64,000 bases of DNA from Tubulanus polymorphus (Eukaryota; Animalia; Nemertea), in the NCBI RefSeq assembly GCF_964204645.1, contig NC_134028.1, positions 7,254,001 to 7,318,000 of the forward strand, in the 5' to 3' direction. Within the stretch, counting starts at the first letter, position 1; each line of letters begins with the position of its first letter. The position numbers and the translations under genes are program-made. Below are positions 13,825 through 26,264 of the stretch, piece by piece. The notes below the pieces were generated by a model. It ran no database searches. It saw only the letters and a list, made by a program, of their open reading frames with translations, and was not told where the DNA came from.

Positions 13825-14083
13825 GGCGCCAAAACTTCTGTCAGGAGTTACCGAAATAGATAATCACGAACGCGGCGACAAATCGGAACGGAGAACCGCG
13901 TGAGCGCGTTATTAATCCAACACTTATGCGCGGTCATCCACGGGTACAAAGGCGTAAAATATATATCGCCCGTGGGAGAGAAATTGGACAGGTTCATCTT
14001 AATATAACCAGTGAAGCCCACTTTTTCGGAGACACCAAGTCTGAATGAGGTGACGGTGAGATTATCACGGTACGCTATATAAG
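13825..14083 (+). promoter_or_regulatory. Putative Pinhead promoter: TATA box and Smad/BMP-response-like motifs
   Basis: TATATAAG at 14076; GGAGAC-N5-GTCTG at 14028-14043; GGCGCC-N5-TTCTG at 13825-13840. Confidence 0.45.
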
Positions 14084-14166
14084 AATGTATCGTCGACGAC
14101 CGTTTGCCTGCATTTTCGACTCATCATTGTTGGGAAATATTGCGCTTCAATCTGCGTCGAACGAAA

Positions 14167-17100
14167 ATGGAATATCGTCTGAAAGTTATATGGATACTTT
14201 CGCTCGTAGGTAAGAGTCTCTTTTGCGTGCGCTCAAGCTTCAATCTTTACTTCGATACGTTCGCTTTTTTCGGCTATTTAAAAAGAAGTCGCTATTCAAA
14301 TGTTGAAATTTGTCGACATAAACTTCTTCTACAATTAAATTTACAATTTTAAATCATGCGAATGATGTTTTTATTAACGGATCAGATTCCAGTCTGTACT
14401 TCAATTGGTTCTATAGCTCATTTTGAAATTACACAGACAGATCTAACCATGGACGTATAAACTAGACTATAATCTAGTCTATACGTCCATGATCTAACTA
14501 ACCCAATGCTGGTAGCTTAATTTTTCGATTATCGGCTTTTGACTGTTTGCACTTAACTCAGCAATCATTCACAGTTTCTACAGTCTTCGCGCCTTTCAAT
14601 TTCGAAAGTGCATTTGAAAAGTTTTCATTTTCCTCCATATGACAATACAAAATATCGAAAAAAATAATCATCGATATTCAATAGACTTCCACGGATAAAC
14701 GGTATTCAGGATTTCTACTGATTTAAAGAAACACTATAATTAAACTAAACCAGTTACTGTTTTCCACGGATCAACGAATTGTCATCATTTATACATTTAA
14801 GCACATCAGTCCTACAACGTACGTCATTACGATTTCCGCCTGTCAGTAATCGCGGTATATTACTCAATATCTCTGCAATCATTTGTAGCTTTATACTGCC
14901 GATTAAGCCGTGTTTACGACTCGATACCAATAATTCTCCATTAAATGCCGTATATTTGTTTTCCGTTATGGCGATAGCTATTACAATTTTTTGACACGCT
15001 ATTTTTGTGTAACGAAAACGTGAGCTTAAGTCAGCTGAAACTAATGCGTTTATGACAAAGATAACATTCCTTTACCGATTCGTGATAGTTATCGAGTACT
15101 AATAAGCCTTTTATTGGATAGAATGATATCAAGCCACAGTTGTTGTGGGTGGTTGGAATTTTATCCCAGCTGATTTTCTTTTTTGAAAAAAGGAAGTAAT
15201 TTCAACCCAAGCTGTGGATCCGTCGGATATATTTGCAAGAAGGTAGAAATTAGGGAGGAAAGTTCGAAAGTTTAAGAAATGAATATCAATAATTCATCAA
15301 ATAGATCAAACAATATAAGACTTAATTGTTTAGTTCGAATATGTTCTTTTTCTGGTCCGAAGGCCCAGCATTTATTTTGTTAGATTGAACTTAGAAATGT
15401 TTTTTTATTTCAACTCTGATAGGATAAAATTCTAACTTAGAACTATGCTAGAAAAGCCACACTGAGATGTAAAGAACAGATGATAAGTTTACACTGATAA
15501 GTGTATAAGACGCTGATAAGACACTACAAGAAAATATCAAAAACGAATTTTATCTACCAAGCATTAAAAAAAAAAAACCAATTTCGAACTCTCACTAGAG
15601 ATCCTCGTCAGGTGTGATCTCAACTCCTGACAATGATCTCCAGTGAGAGTTAAGAACATCGTGTATTTTGATTTTAATTCTTTATAAATAGAATAAGTTT
15701 TTAACTTTTAAACTATGTATATAGTAGGATTTTAACGTATTAAAACTATGGAATGACATCATTAAAGTCCATAGATGGAAATATTGAATTTATTCCAAGT
15801 ACTTTGTGATCTTTTTTTTTAATTTTCTAGAACTTATCAGGGCGTATAAACCCATTCTGTACGCTGCCGTTTCATCTGAAGAGGAACGTGATAGCAATGT
15901 TGACAGTTTTATTAATAATCTGATATGCTGTCAACGACAGGCAAAATTAATCAATATTGGACACGGTAAGTATTAAGTCATCACCCAATGAAATACGTTC
16001 CATTAATATTTCGCTTGAAATCACAATATCCGCGATGTTGTAATAAGGTCCCACGATTATAAATTGAATAAAAAGTTCATAAAAAAATTATTGAAAATAT
16101 ACATTTCGGTTGGTTGCTATACCAGCCTTCTTCAGTCTAAAAAGGAAGCGTGTGTGAATCTATAGCTAGTGTGACGCTGGATTTAAACCATTACGATTAT
16201 CATTATCATTATAAACGATTGTTTCATAATTTCAGACAATGATCTGAAACCGGTTCGCCTCGATGTTGGAAAATGCAAAAAATCATGCCACGATAGCAAA
16301 ACGTTCGACTCACAGGTATTAAATGATACAACCGTAATGTTGGCCTTACGTAAACCCATTTGTCTTCATCGGGGTATTTGTGGCATATATTTGATATGAT
16401 TTATGTTACAGATGATAAGCCAGAAATGTCCGCCGTCTTTCAAATGTCGAGCTACTCTGACGTCCGTCTACCGGTCGTTTCTAAAAGATGGCGCGCGAGA
16501 GGTCGACGTCGTTGAAAGCTGCGGATGCACCGAAATTCCCAAATCTTGCGAAAGACAAGAGAATTGGAAGATTTTCTACAAAGGAACGGTTTATCAGAGT
16601 TCGTTAGACGTTGGCCGATGCGATGGAAATTGCGATTCGGGTATTGTGCAGTTTCTTTAAGTAGTGTCCGTTAGAGCTGAATATAGTAGCAAATCACGAA
16701 GTACATACAAGGCGTCTCAGAAAATGTCTGACCGAAGATTTAAGATTAATTATTCATGAACTATAATTGTAACCAATTCTTTGGGGGTAAGGTTGGTAGA
16801 ACGGAATGATTGCTCGAAACGAGGATGGAATGTTGAAATGCAATCATATAAGTCATGCATGTCTAAGCACTACCGTGTTTTTGAATGGCCATGAATTTTG
16901 AATGAACTTGAACCAAAAAAGAGATATAAAAGTATTATTCTATTGTGTACATTTATGATTATTACCGAATCACCTGATCTCCAAATTCGTGTAATTTTAC
17001 TGTGGGGAATGATAAAAAGCACAAATCGAGGGTAGTTTCATTTTTTTTGGTTCGACTTCATTTCAATGGCCATTCAAAAACAGCTAGGGCTCAGCCATGC

Positions 17101-18101
17101 ATGACTTATGATTGCATTTCAACACTCCATCCTCATAAAGCTAAGGTAACACGATGTTTCGAACTCCAAGTAGAGATCATTGTATTTTGAATGATGACTT
17201 TTGCTTTCAAATTCGTATATAGCGGGGTTTATCATAAAATCTATTCCTCACTTTCAAGTGCGACTATTCAACTAAAAACGAGTATCATTATCATCGTTTT
17301 ATTCTATGATCTAGTATCTATATGGTTCTGATTGAAAATGTAAGATGGAAAACGTTAGAAATTTTCGTGGATTTGATTTTTTAGGGAATGCCTGTCGCGC
17401 AACCCGAACATCTTCCGTATCTATTCCTGGACCAAATGGTAAACCTGAAGCCTAAATAATTGTTCTCTTTCGCAAATACTTCTTAACAAGTATTTCTTAC
17501 TAAACAATCACCGAATATCGAGGTTAAATTCCAGTGCATTCCAGTCTACGAAACTGCTTTTGAACTAGTAGAGCTTATTACTCAAAGCATATTTCTTTTT
17601 GTTTTTAAGGAAAAAACTGCGTAGAAGTAATCAACAGTTGCTCGTGCGTCGAAGCGTGCTATCGAAAAAGCAAGATGGCCGTCTTCCGGCACATCGTTCG
17701 AAATGAAACAACAGGATCGGAACGAGAACAGACGAAAGAGATAGACGTCGGGGAATGTGCGGGAACCTGTCCAAATCACTCCGGTTATAAATGCGTAATG
17801 AGGTAGGAATATGCATGATCCTTCGCACCTGTTATACAGTTCCACAGTCGATATTCCTACTTTGGGATTTCACTATGGCAGATGAGGGCCCGCCAGGTTT
17901 TTCTATTAGTTAACCGGTTCAGTCATCGATCGGCTTTTTACTTGTAGATCGAAGACTCATCCCTCTGTCTGTCTGATGTCTCTGAAGAAGCGGCGCAGCT
18001 CTTGCCTCGCCGTGTCCCACACGACACATCGGTTAGCTCACAGCATCGACGGGCAGCATAACCAAGTGATTCTATCGGTCAGTCGATGTGGCTGTCAATG
18101 A
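14167..18101 (+). CDS. pnhd: Pinhead, secreted protein with three cystine-knot repeats (295 aa)
   Basis: Seven phase-compatible GT-AG exons: 14167-14209, 15831-15965, 16236-16315, 16412-16640, 17385-17438, 17610-17802, 17948-18101 (888 nt). Signal peptide; three repeats DVGKCKKSC / DVGRCDGNC / DVGECAGTC, each closed by CxC; lies in tandem just upstream of Admp. Confidence 0.88.
14448..14491. mobile_element. 44 bp palindromic micro-element with 7 bp TSD
   Basis: ATCTAAC-[CATGGACGTATAAACTAGA CTATAA TCTAGTCTATACGTCCATG]-ATCTAAC. Confidence 0.75.
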
Positions 18102-21100
18102 TCATTTATTCTTCGGGGTCTAAACGTCGTATTCGTTACGATAATTCAACAGTTTTCGCTAACGAACTAGCTATTCTCTTGTCGGTACTTTAGCCGAGTG
18201 TCTCAGTACAGATACGTATAAAGAGCAAAAGATTGATGGAAACTGGCGGCCGGAAAATAACTTTTGACTTTGATTGGTTAGCGAGCGTAGTCGCATTCGG
18301 CGGTGGATTTATCTAGGATGCCTTGTCTAGTGAGCTGAAACAAATTCGTGGCTGGAATGATGAAAAAAATGTACACATCAGCGTTACTCATCGATGGCTA
18401 TTATCTTTAAGCAGGGATCGAGCAACATGCATGTGCAATATCGTTGATAGCAATTATTCGTTATTCGCGTATTAAATTAAATAAGAAAATTACAGGTTAT
18501 GACGAGGTAATGTAATTTGAGTCGATGGGCATGAGGAGAAGTTACAAACTTGTAAACTGCAATAAAACATAGCCCTGACGCCCATGCAAATCCGAATCCA
18601 CCCATATCTCTATATCTCGTTTATCCGCTTTAACAAAATACGAAGTAAGACTCATTTTGCTGGAGCAGACATAAAGGTGTTTCATATAGATTTTCAGCTC
18701 CAGTCAACTATGTGTGAAATATTACGAACGAGTAGGATGCAGTCAGTATGGAAATTTAAGTTCGGAATCGCAGATTGTAATGTTCTTTTGTGCTCTTTCC
18801 CTGATCCAAATCACGTAGGACTTCTCTAGAGTTCATGTCACAGCAAATGATATATCTAAAATGTGTGTAAAAATGTGAACCGGTAACGTTGAATCGTCAG
18901 TCTGTGTTGTAAAGTATGTATATTGAGCAATAAATATTTGAATTGAATTGAGAATGTGTCCGTTTTCATTGTACTCGCAGCTGCGTACTTGAAACTGTCC
19001 GTTTGGTAGAACACGTTAATGAGGAATGCGTCTTTTCATTCACTGGTGTCGTTTTCAAATCGTAAAATGCCGCCGAATTCTACACCGACAAAAAGTTGCC
19101 GAGCTACGTTTCAGCTGCGAGTTTTGTCTTCGTTTGCCGGTCGATTGCACCCCATCTTCTGCTCGAGCGGGGATTTGTTTGTTTCTGAAATCAGGCGAAT
19201 AATGCGGACGGTTGCTCGTAAAATCGTTTCTTTCCGGCCACGACCTAGATTTCCGTCGAATCGAAATTGAGTCGGTGACGTTGTTGATGCGCGTTGTCCA
19301 CGTTGTTTTCGATTTCTTTTTAGAAGCGCTATTCTATCTATCAATGACCAGTCGACCGCGATATGAATAATATGAATTGAACTTGATTTAGATCGAAATC
19401 CCGTATACCACACACGATGTCGTTCAATGACGAGGGGCCTGAATGATGTCAAGATTGTTCATTATTGCTAAGCAGTGGGGCCTGTTCCATAGTCAGGGCT
19501 TATACTTAAGACCAGTCTTAGACCATCTTAGTTCTATAGCCAATCTAACATTTTAAGAACAGTGTAAGATTTAAGTCTACTTTTGGACTTGCGGAACGTC
19601 CCAAAATCTTTATAATTGTACATGTATACTTGCCTAATCACTCGATTTGAAAATCAGAGAGGCTGAACTGATTGGAAGCTTTCCCAAACAGATCTTGTGT
19701 AGCGTCACCGACTTGAACTTTTGATCTGATGCATCTTCTTTTGCATGGCTAGATAATGTCCATGATCAACTTGAACAACTAGGTTCTTATCTAGTCTAAT
19801 AAGTCCACTATAGGTAACCTAACAACTTAAGACCAGTCTTGAGATCTTGGACCTCTTATGGACTTCGACAATTCTTATTGGTTAATTCTTTTACACGTTG
19901 TCAAATTGAACCACAGCCGACGAGACTTAAGAACCGATTAATGAACAAAATGGTTTTAGCGAGAAATTCCGCACCTGTACATGATAATAATATAATTTGA
20001 GCACATTTTTTCACATAGTTCAGGGTTCTAGGAATGTGCAGAATATACACCGGCGCATTATGACGCGATTCAGAAATGCAAAACGTGCTAAAAGTAAAAT
20101 ATTATCTAGCAGAGTAAGACTGTCGCATTCATCAAAGTCACGTTTAGTTCGCTGTATTGGCTTTCGGGGAATAATAGCAGTTCACATTGATCGAAAGGCC
20201 CGATCGTGCTGAAGTGTTTCTTCCGAACACTGGCTCGTGTCCCGTCGAAGAGGATTTAGTTTTTACAATCTCCGAAAATCGTGACCTCTTGATGTTTACG
20301 CAGGAACTAGCGAACAATCGGACGCGCGATATTCACCGCTCGCACCACATACACCTGCGCGTCCCGTTTTCAAAATCAAGTCAATAGCGAGGAGCTGCCT
20401 GGAAGAGTTTTTCGTTACTAAAAAAACCTCGCTACGTTCGCTTAATTCGCTATTTTTCGTGCGAGCCATGTGCCAAAAGTTCTCGATAAGTTCGTCTTCT
20501 ATCATGCGCACTTGAAGAATTTGTAACTCGATACGGTACGTCTATGCACGGGGTCGATTCGATTCAGATCGTTGCGGTTCTAAAACGGTGGCTACTCGTA
20601 ATAAGAATAATTGGCCTCTTGTGTTGATGAAAAGCGATTAGCGACGAACAAAGCCGAAATGAGTGACGGTCGAAGTGGTTTTTAAGTATCATGCAGGTGT
20701 CAGATGGGGCTGGCTTCGAATCTACTACTTAATCGACGCGTAAGACGGTCGTGACGGCGATCGAGTTCGGTGACTTATCTCGGGCGGTTTTTTGCCGACT
20801 GCAGCTTAGATTTTATATCACCAGAGCGACGCGTGTAATTGGAATCGTCGCGAACATGAAGTCTTAGAGAAGAGGAGAGCGGAAAGATTGAATTGTGAAT
20901 AATATAAACAGATATCGGAGATTGTTGTGAAGTAGAGAAAAAAGATAACAAGATTAAGATCCTATTTCGGGATCACAATACCTATAAAAACAGACGGAAT
21001 TCTTAGAAAGTGGATATTTCTGTATGTGAGTCCGTGAGGATAAATGTCAACTATATTGATGCGATAATTACGCGGATTTAAACGAAAAAAATGTCGCCGT

Positions 21101-21157
21101 CTTGACGAGAACATTTAAGCAAAACAGACATTTGGTGACGCTATTGTTTCGAAGGTG

Positions 21158-24100
21158 ATGGTATCGTGCAGAAATATGATACTGTTGGGACGTTGGTGTG
21201 TGTTTTCTTGTTTAGCGGTGCTGCTATGTGCGGATCGCGTGAGCGGTACACTGCCGAGATATCTGTACAATCGCCTGAACGAAAACCAAGACAATTCGGC
21301 CACGAAATACTCGGAGGCCATCAACAGACTGTCGCAAGTTTTCGAAATCGACAAAGTGCCGTCGATTCGACGCCGCCATAAATCTCCTCCTCAGTACATG
21401 CAGGAACTGTTTAATTCGATCGCCGACGAAGACGGAATTACGCGAACAAAAAGTCCATTCGACGCCAACGTCGTTCGAGGATTTCCTGATCGAGGTAATT
21501 TTTCCATGAAACGATACAGAATATATTATATCTACTACCCCATTCGAATTAAATTTCTACGCTAAAAAAAAAAAACTGTGTATAGAATTTAGTAAAACAA
21601 CGAATTACCGCATAGTTATAGCGCCTCGAAACCTGAGGGAAAATTGACATAACTTATTTCATGTATTAGATATAATGTATATAGCCCTGAACATTCTTTA
21701 CTCCGATATGAATTATGACGTGTCAAGATAAAAAGCAGTAGCTAAGGCGCTCTTTACTACTTTTTTTCTTCGATTCAATTAGCGACTGATACATATATAC
21801 ATACAATAAAGGCAACATTGACCCAATAAAATAAGAATATACCGTTATTTCATTGTCCGCGTTATGTTTTGTATATTGTGCGTATATGTATGCACATTTA
21901 ACTCGCCGATTTTACTTTTGTGCGTATGTATTTTCAATAGCGGGTTCGGATACAATCTATCAATCAAAAGTTACCTAAGTGAATATTTTGTAATCGATGA
22001 ATGAATACAATCGGGCCGACCGGTAAAGTTGACATACCAGACGAGGTCACCGAGGACAGAAAAGAACCTAATTTTGGGGATTTTCGATATCAGTACATGT
22101 AAACTGAAATTTAGGATGTAAAAGTAATGTCATAATTTGTGTATTGTATATTATTGGTTATAAAATGCTATAATTTTCAGCAAAATACACAAACAAACAA
22201 ACAAACATTAATTTTTCATTATTGATTAAGGAAAATAATAGTATACATACGACCGATAAATCAGCAAAGGTCATTATTTCAAATCCTATCTAGGTGGCTA
22301 TTACCTAGTGTATATAGAAACAAAACCTGAATCGTTTATCGTTAAACACGAATTACGAAAACATTTCTTTTACAGATTCTCAACACCAAATGCATTTCCG
22401 CTTTAACATATCATCGTTTATCAAAAGTAAAGAGAAAATCCTGGAGGCGGAGTTTCATTTGTTTAAAATGAGACCGAGGCCGTACCGGCCGTATAGTTCT
22501 CATCGGAGACAAAAGAGGTCGCTTCATCTGTTCGAGGTAAGTCATTCGAAAGTGAGAGTCGACAATATAAACTATCATTAAAATAGTCAAATAAATCTCA
22601 TAGCTAATAACTTTAAAAGCCATTATATACAGAATTTTAGAAATTAAAAACGAATTTTATTCGTCAAGAATTAAAACAAAAATCCAGGACATTTCGAACT
22701 CTCACTAGAGATCAGCTGACACCTGACGATGATCTCTGGTGAGAGTTCGAAACACCATGTATTTTGGTTTTAATTCTTCAGAAATGAAATTCGTATTTTA
22801 TGTCTTAAATTCTGTATACGGTGGCGTTAAAACAAATTTTCTGTTCTCCACGTCTGAGTGGGGCTATTCTAGCACATTTAATATAGTCATTCGTGTCATA
22901 TCTTCGAAACTGATCTTCGGGTAAGATCTGCTCCGCGGGAAAGAAGATAAAAAGGAATTCACATCTTTGTTATTTTCAGATACGAGTTTATCAGGTGCTC
23001 GATGCGGCCAATATGTACTCGCGATCCGGTTCGAAACTACTGGATGTTAGACGTACTAGCGCGCACGGTCACAGTTGGGAAGTTTTTACCGTGAAAACAG
23101 CGGTCGAACAATGGTTGAACAGAAGCTCGCCGAATAATGGTACGCAAAAATTCAAACTTTGTTCAATCAAACACGCGCACGATTTCCCTATGACTGTCCA
23201 TCTTGTAAATGATGTTCGATCATTCCATTAAAACGGGTTTTCCTCCAAAATATTACTCAATTCAGCAATAGCCCGATATATTGATTATTACCTTTTCATT
23301 TTGTCGCAAATCGCTAGGCCATTCCAAGAAGTGAATAAGCTACGCAGAAAACCATCTTGGCAAATTCAAAATTCGATATTGAGGACAAAATTAAAGTTAC
23401 CAAAGTAGACCGATAGAAATGCTTTAGCGAACAGATCATGTTTGATTGTGATGAATAAAAAAACTTAAATTAATTTAAACTTAACTTAAATTATTCTTAC
23501 TTTTCCTTACTTAACTTAACTTTACCCAGCCTTTACTTAAGTTGTTATATTTGACAGGTTTTCTGGTGACTGCCTCGTCTTTAAGCGGAGAACCGCTCAA
23601 TTCGACCATTATCAGATTCGCTCAGCGTGGTCAGCACCACGAGAGCAAACAACCTGTACTGGTTACATTCGCCGACGACGGACGCACCAAGAAAGAACGC
23701 TACTACGCTGATAACAATGGTAAGAATTATTAGATTTTAATTTTATAAAAAAACCCACGTGTAAAGCCACATGGATTTTTTATGTGTACGAAAACAAGGA
23801 ATATTTTAAAGGCTTATGTATTTCGGCTGACTGTTGTAGATATACATGTATTCCGACTTTTGGCAGAAGCATTTATGAATAGAGGAGGGACCGATTAGAA
23901 AATAATCAAAATTGAACTGAAACGATGTGTATATATTCAAGGTCGTATTTCAAGCAGAGCGCTGTCCCCTTTTGCAAATCTTTGGAAAGTGCCCTTTGCA
24001 AATATTATTGTTATATCCTATAGAACTGCCATTCTTTCGGATTTCTCTGCCCCACTAAAATTCAATTGCTAGGTACGGCTCTGATATTCGTCAATTTCAA

Positions 24101-24672
24101 AAATAAATCTTCGAATACTTTCAGACTATGTGGGCATCAATCGAGAGTTCCAGGCGATGGACCCGTCGCGTCATAGAAACGTGTATTCGCGCGTGTACGC
24201 CGAACGAGTGAAACTACTGAACGAAAAATACCACCGATCAGACTCCGCGACGCGAGTCCAGCAGTCGTCGCCGTCGCGCTACCGACAGAAGCGAGCCGCT
24301 CGTTCGACCAAACGCGGCAACAAGCGTTCGATGGACATGAAAATAAGCAACAAAGACGTCTGCGACAAACACGAAATGTACGTCGATTTCGAGAAAATCG
24401 GCTGGTCGGATTGGATTATCTCGCCGACAGGATACAACGCTTTCCATTGCAAAGGGGACTGTCCTTTTCCGTTGGGCCAGACGCAAAAGCCGACGAACCA
24501 CGCGACGGTGCAGAGCATCGTGCACACGCTGAAGATCGGTCAGGGAGTGTCGATGCCGTGTTGCGTGCCGAATAAGCTATTTTCGATTAGTTTACTGTAT
24601 TTCGACGACGACGAGAACGTAATATTGAAACAGTACGACGACATGGTTGCCGCCAGTTGCGGCTGCCATTGA
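21158..24672 (+). CDS. admp: Anti-dorsalizing morphogenetic protein (BMP/TGF-beta family), 455 aa
   Basis: Exons 21158-21494, 22376-22536, 22980-23139, 23558-23719, 24125-24672 (1368 nt, phases compatible). Prodomain PPQYMQELF; furin sites RQKR and RSTKR; mature domain with the ADMP-type CPFPLGQ...PTNHATVQSI...LLYFDDDENVILKQYDDMVAASCGCH. Confidence 0.95.
22692..22756 (+). ncRNA. Hammerhead-like core in Admp intron 2 (related copy at 15582-15660)
   Basis: CTGACGA-T-GATCTCT-GGTG-AGAGTTC-GAAA (22723-22752), preceded by a partial inverted copy. Confidence 0.55.
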
Positions 24673-26264
24673 AAAAAACAGATGCATACATTAAACATTC
24701 ATCTCGCTAGACTCTGCAAAGTTGCATCAGACAAACGAGTCATTCATTCATAGAATTCAGACTCACCAGACTTTCCTTCGCACTTCTATCGCTTCGTACG
24801 AAATGTTTTTAGGCGATGCTGAAATGTGACAAAAAGAATACGAATACACACCCAGAGAATGTTTAGACTGTTTCACAAAATCCCATGGTAGAAACTTTGA
24901 GCTCACAAATGAGTATAAATACTCAATCTTCGGATGAATTACACCAATCTTGTTGACGTCCTAAGTGCATGGGAAAGTTTCATTTTCAGCTAATGCTGCG
25001 AGAGACGGGTATGATATCAAGTCTAATTCGGTATTCGAGTAAAATGGTCAAAACAAGCTGACGCTAATATTGTGCCAAATTCGTATATATCTCAGCACTT
25101 TAAACTGGAAAAAATATCTACCAGTCGTGCCCCTGAAATGAAATTTCTTGAAAGTGTACGTTTGTAAAAAATGAATAAATAATTCTATCAAAATTATACT
25201 TCATGAGTTTGGAGTGTTTTATCAGTAGCAATTGCGACGATTCGTTGTTGGTAACGTCATCAAATTCCCGTCCCTTTTCTGCAGGGGTTCGAACCTGATG
25301 GAACGGCAACTAGTCCAAAAATGTGTGGACCCAATCAGATTTTCCATTTTGTATCTGATCAGATGAAATAGATCTCTTCGATCGGTCAGTGGTGATATCT
25401 TTGCAAATAGGGCCGGCAGGCTGGTATAGGAGGACGCCCAGAGGACATAAGAAGCATTTTACACCCAAGAAAAAGAAAGAAAACAAGGTTTATTATCAGC
25501 GATGGGAACATATATCACATAATCAGATTACCAATTGAAAAATCAACAGATAAATGATTTATTTAACTGCGAATCATAATCGATGTCATAATTTGATGAT
25601 TTTTTTACCGGCTGCAATAGGAAGGTTTATGATATTCCATGAATTTTATTCCGACGTAGACATTTCTCTGGCTTCTCGAATGTCTGATTAAGTTAGTATA
25701 AGATAGAATTTTATATTTTTCTGACTTTCTAAAAAGCTATAAATAGTGTTTTTGTAGAGTTTCTCACAAGTAGATATTGTTGGCTTCCTGGAACATAATA
25801 AAACTGACGTTGACGAGTTTGTAAGCTCCGAATCTTGTAATCAAATCGGGCGAATCTAGAAAACGTCAGCATCGCAAAACATTCAGTATCGCAGCACCAG
25901 CACCGTCGTTCAGCCGCCATCGTCGCTTACGATTCACTCCGAAAACCCGTAGAATACCCGATAACTTTTGATAATAACACAACAAACAGTGGATATAAAT
26001 ATTCAATCATCACAACAAGCGAGTTAAGTACATCACAGCCGAGTTTCCATAATGGGAGAACTTCCAAAATATCGCTTACCAAAGGTTGGTTTAGTATCGA
26101 ACCAAGTTGCTATATTAAGGTGGTGGTTATGTACGTAATTACGTATAGGAACGATAAACGTGTGCCTCGTATTATGTTTAAGATAGTGAACGCACAGCAA
26201 TCACATATTTCAACCACGAAACATCGTTTTCAATCGATTTTCGAAATCGATTCTTTTTTGATTA

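Noticed and set aside
24130-24672. Assignment as BMP2/4 (dpp)
   Set aside because: Mature-domain signatures and linkage to Pinhead fit ADMP better.
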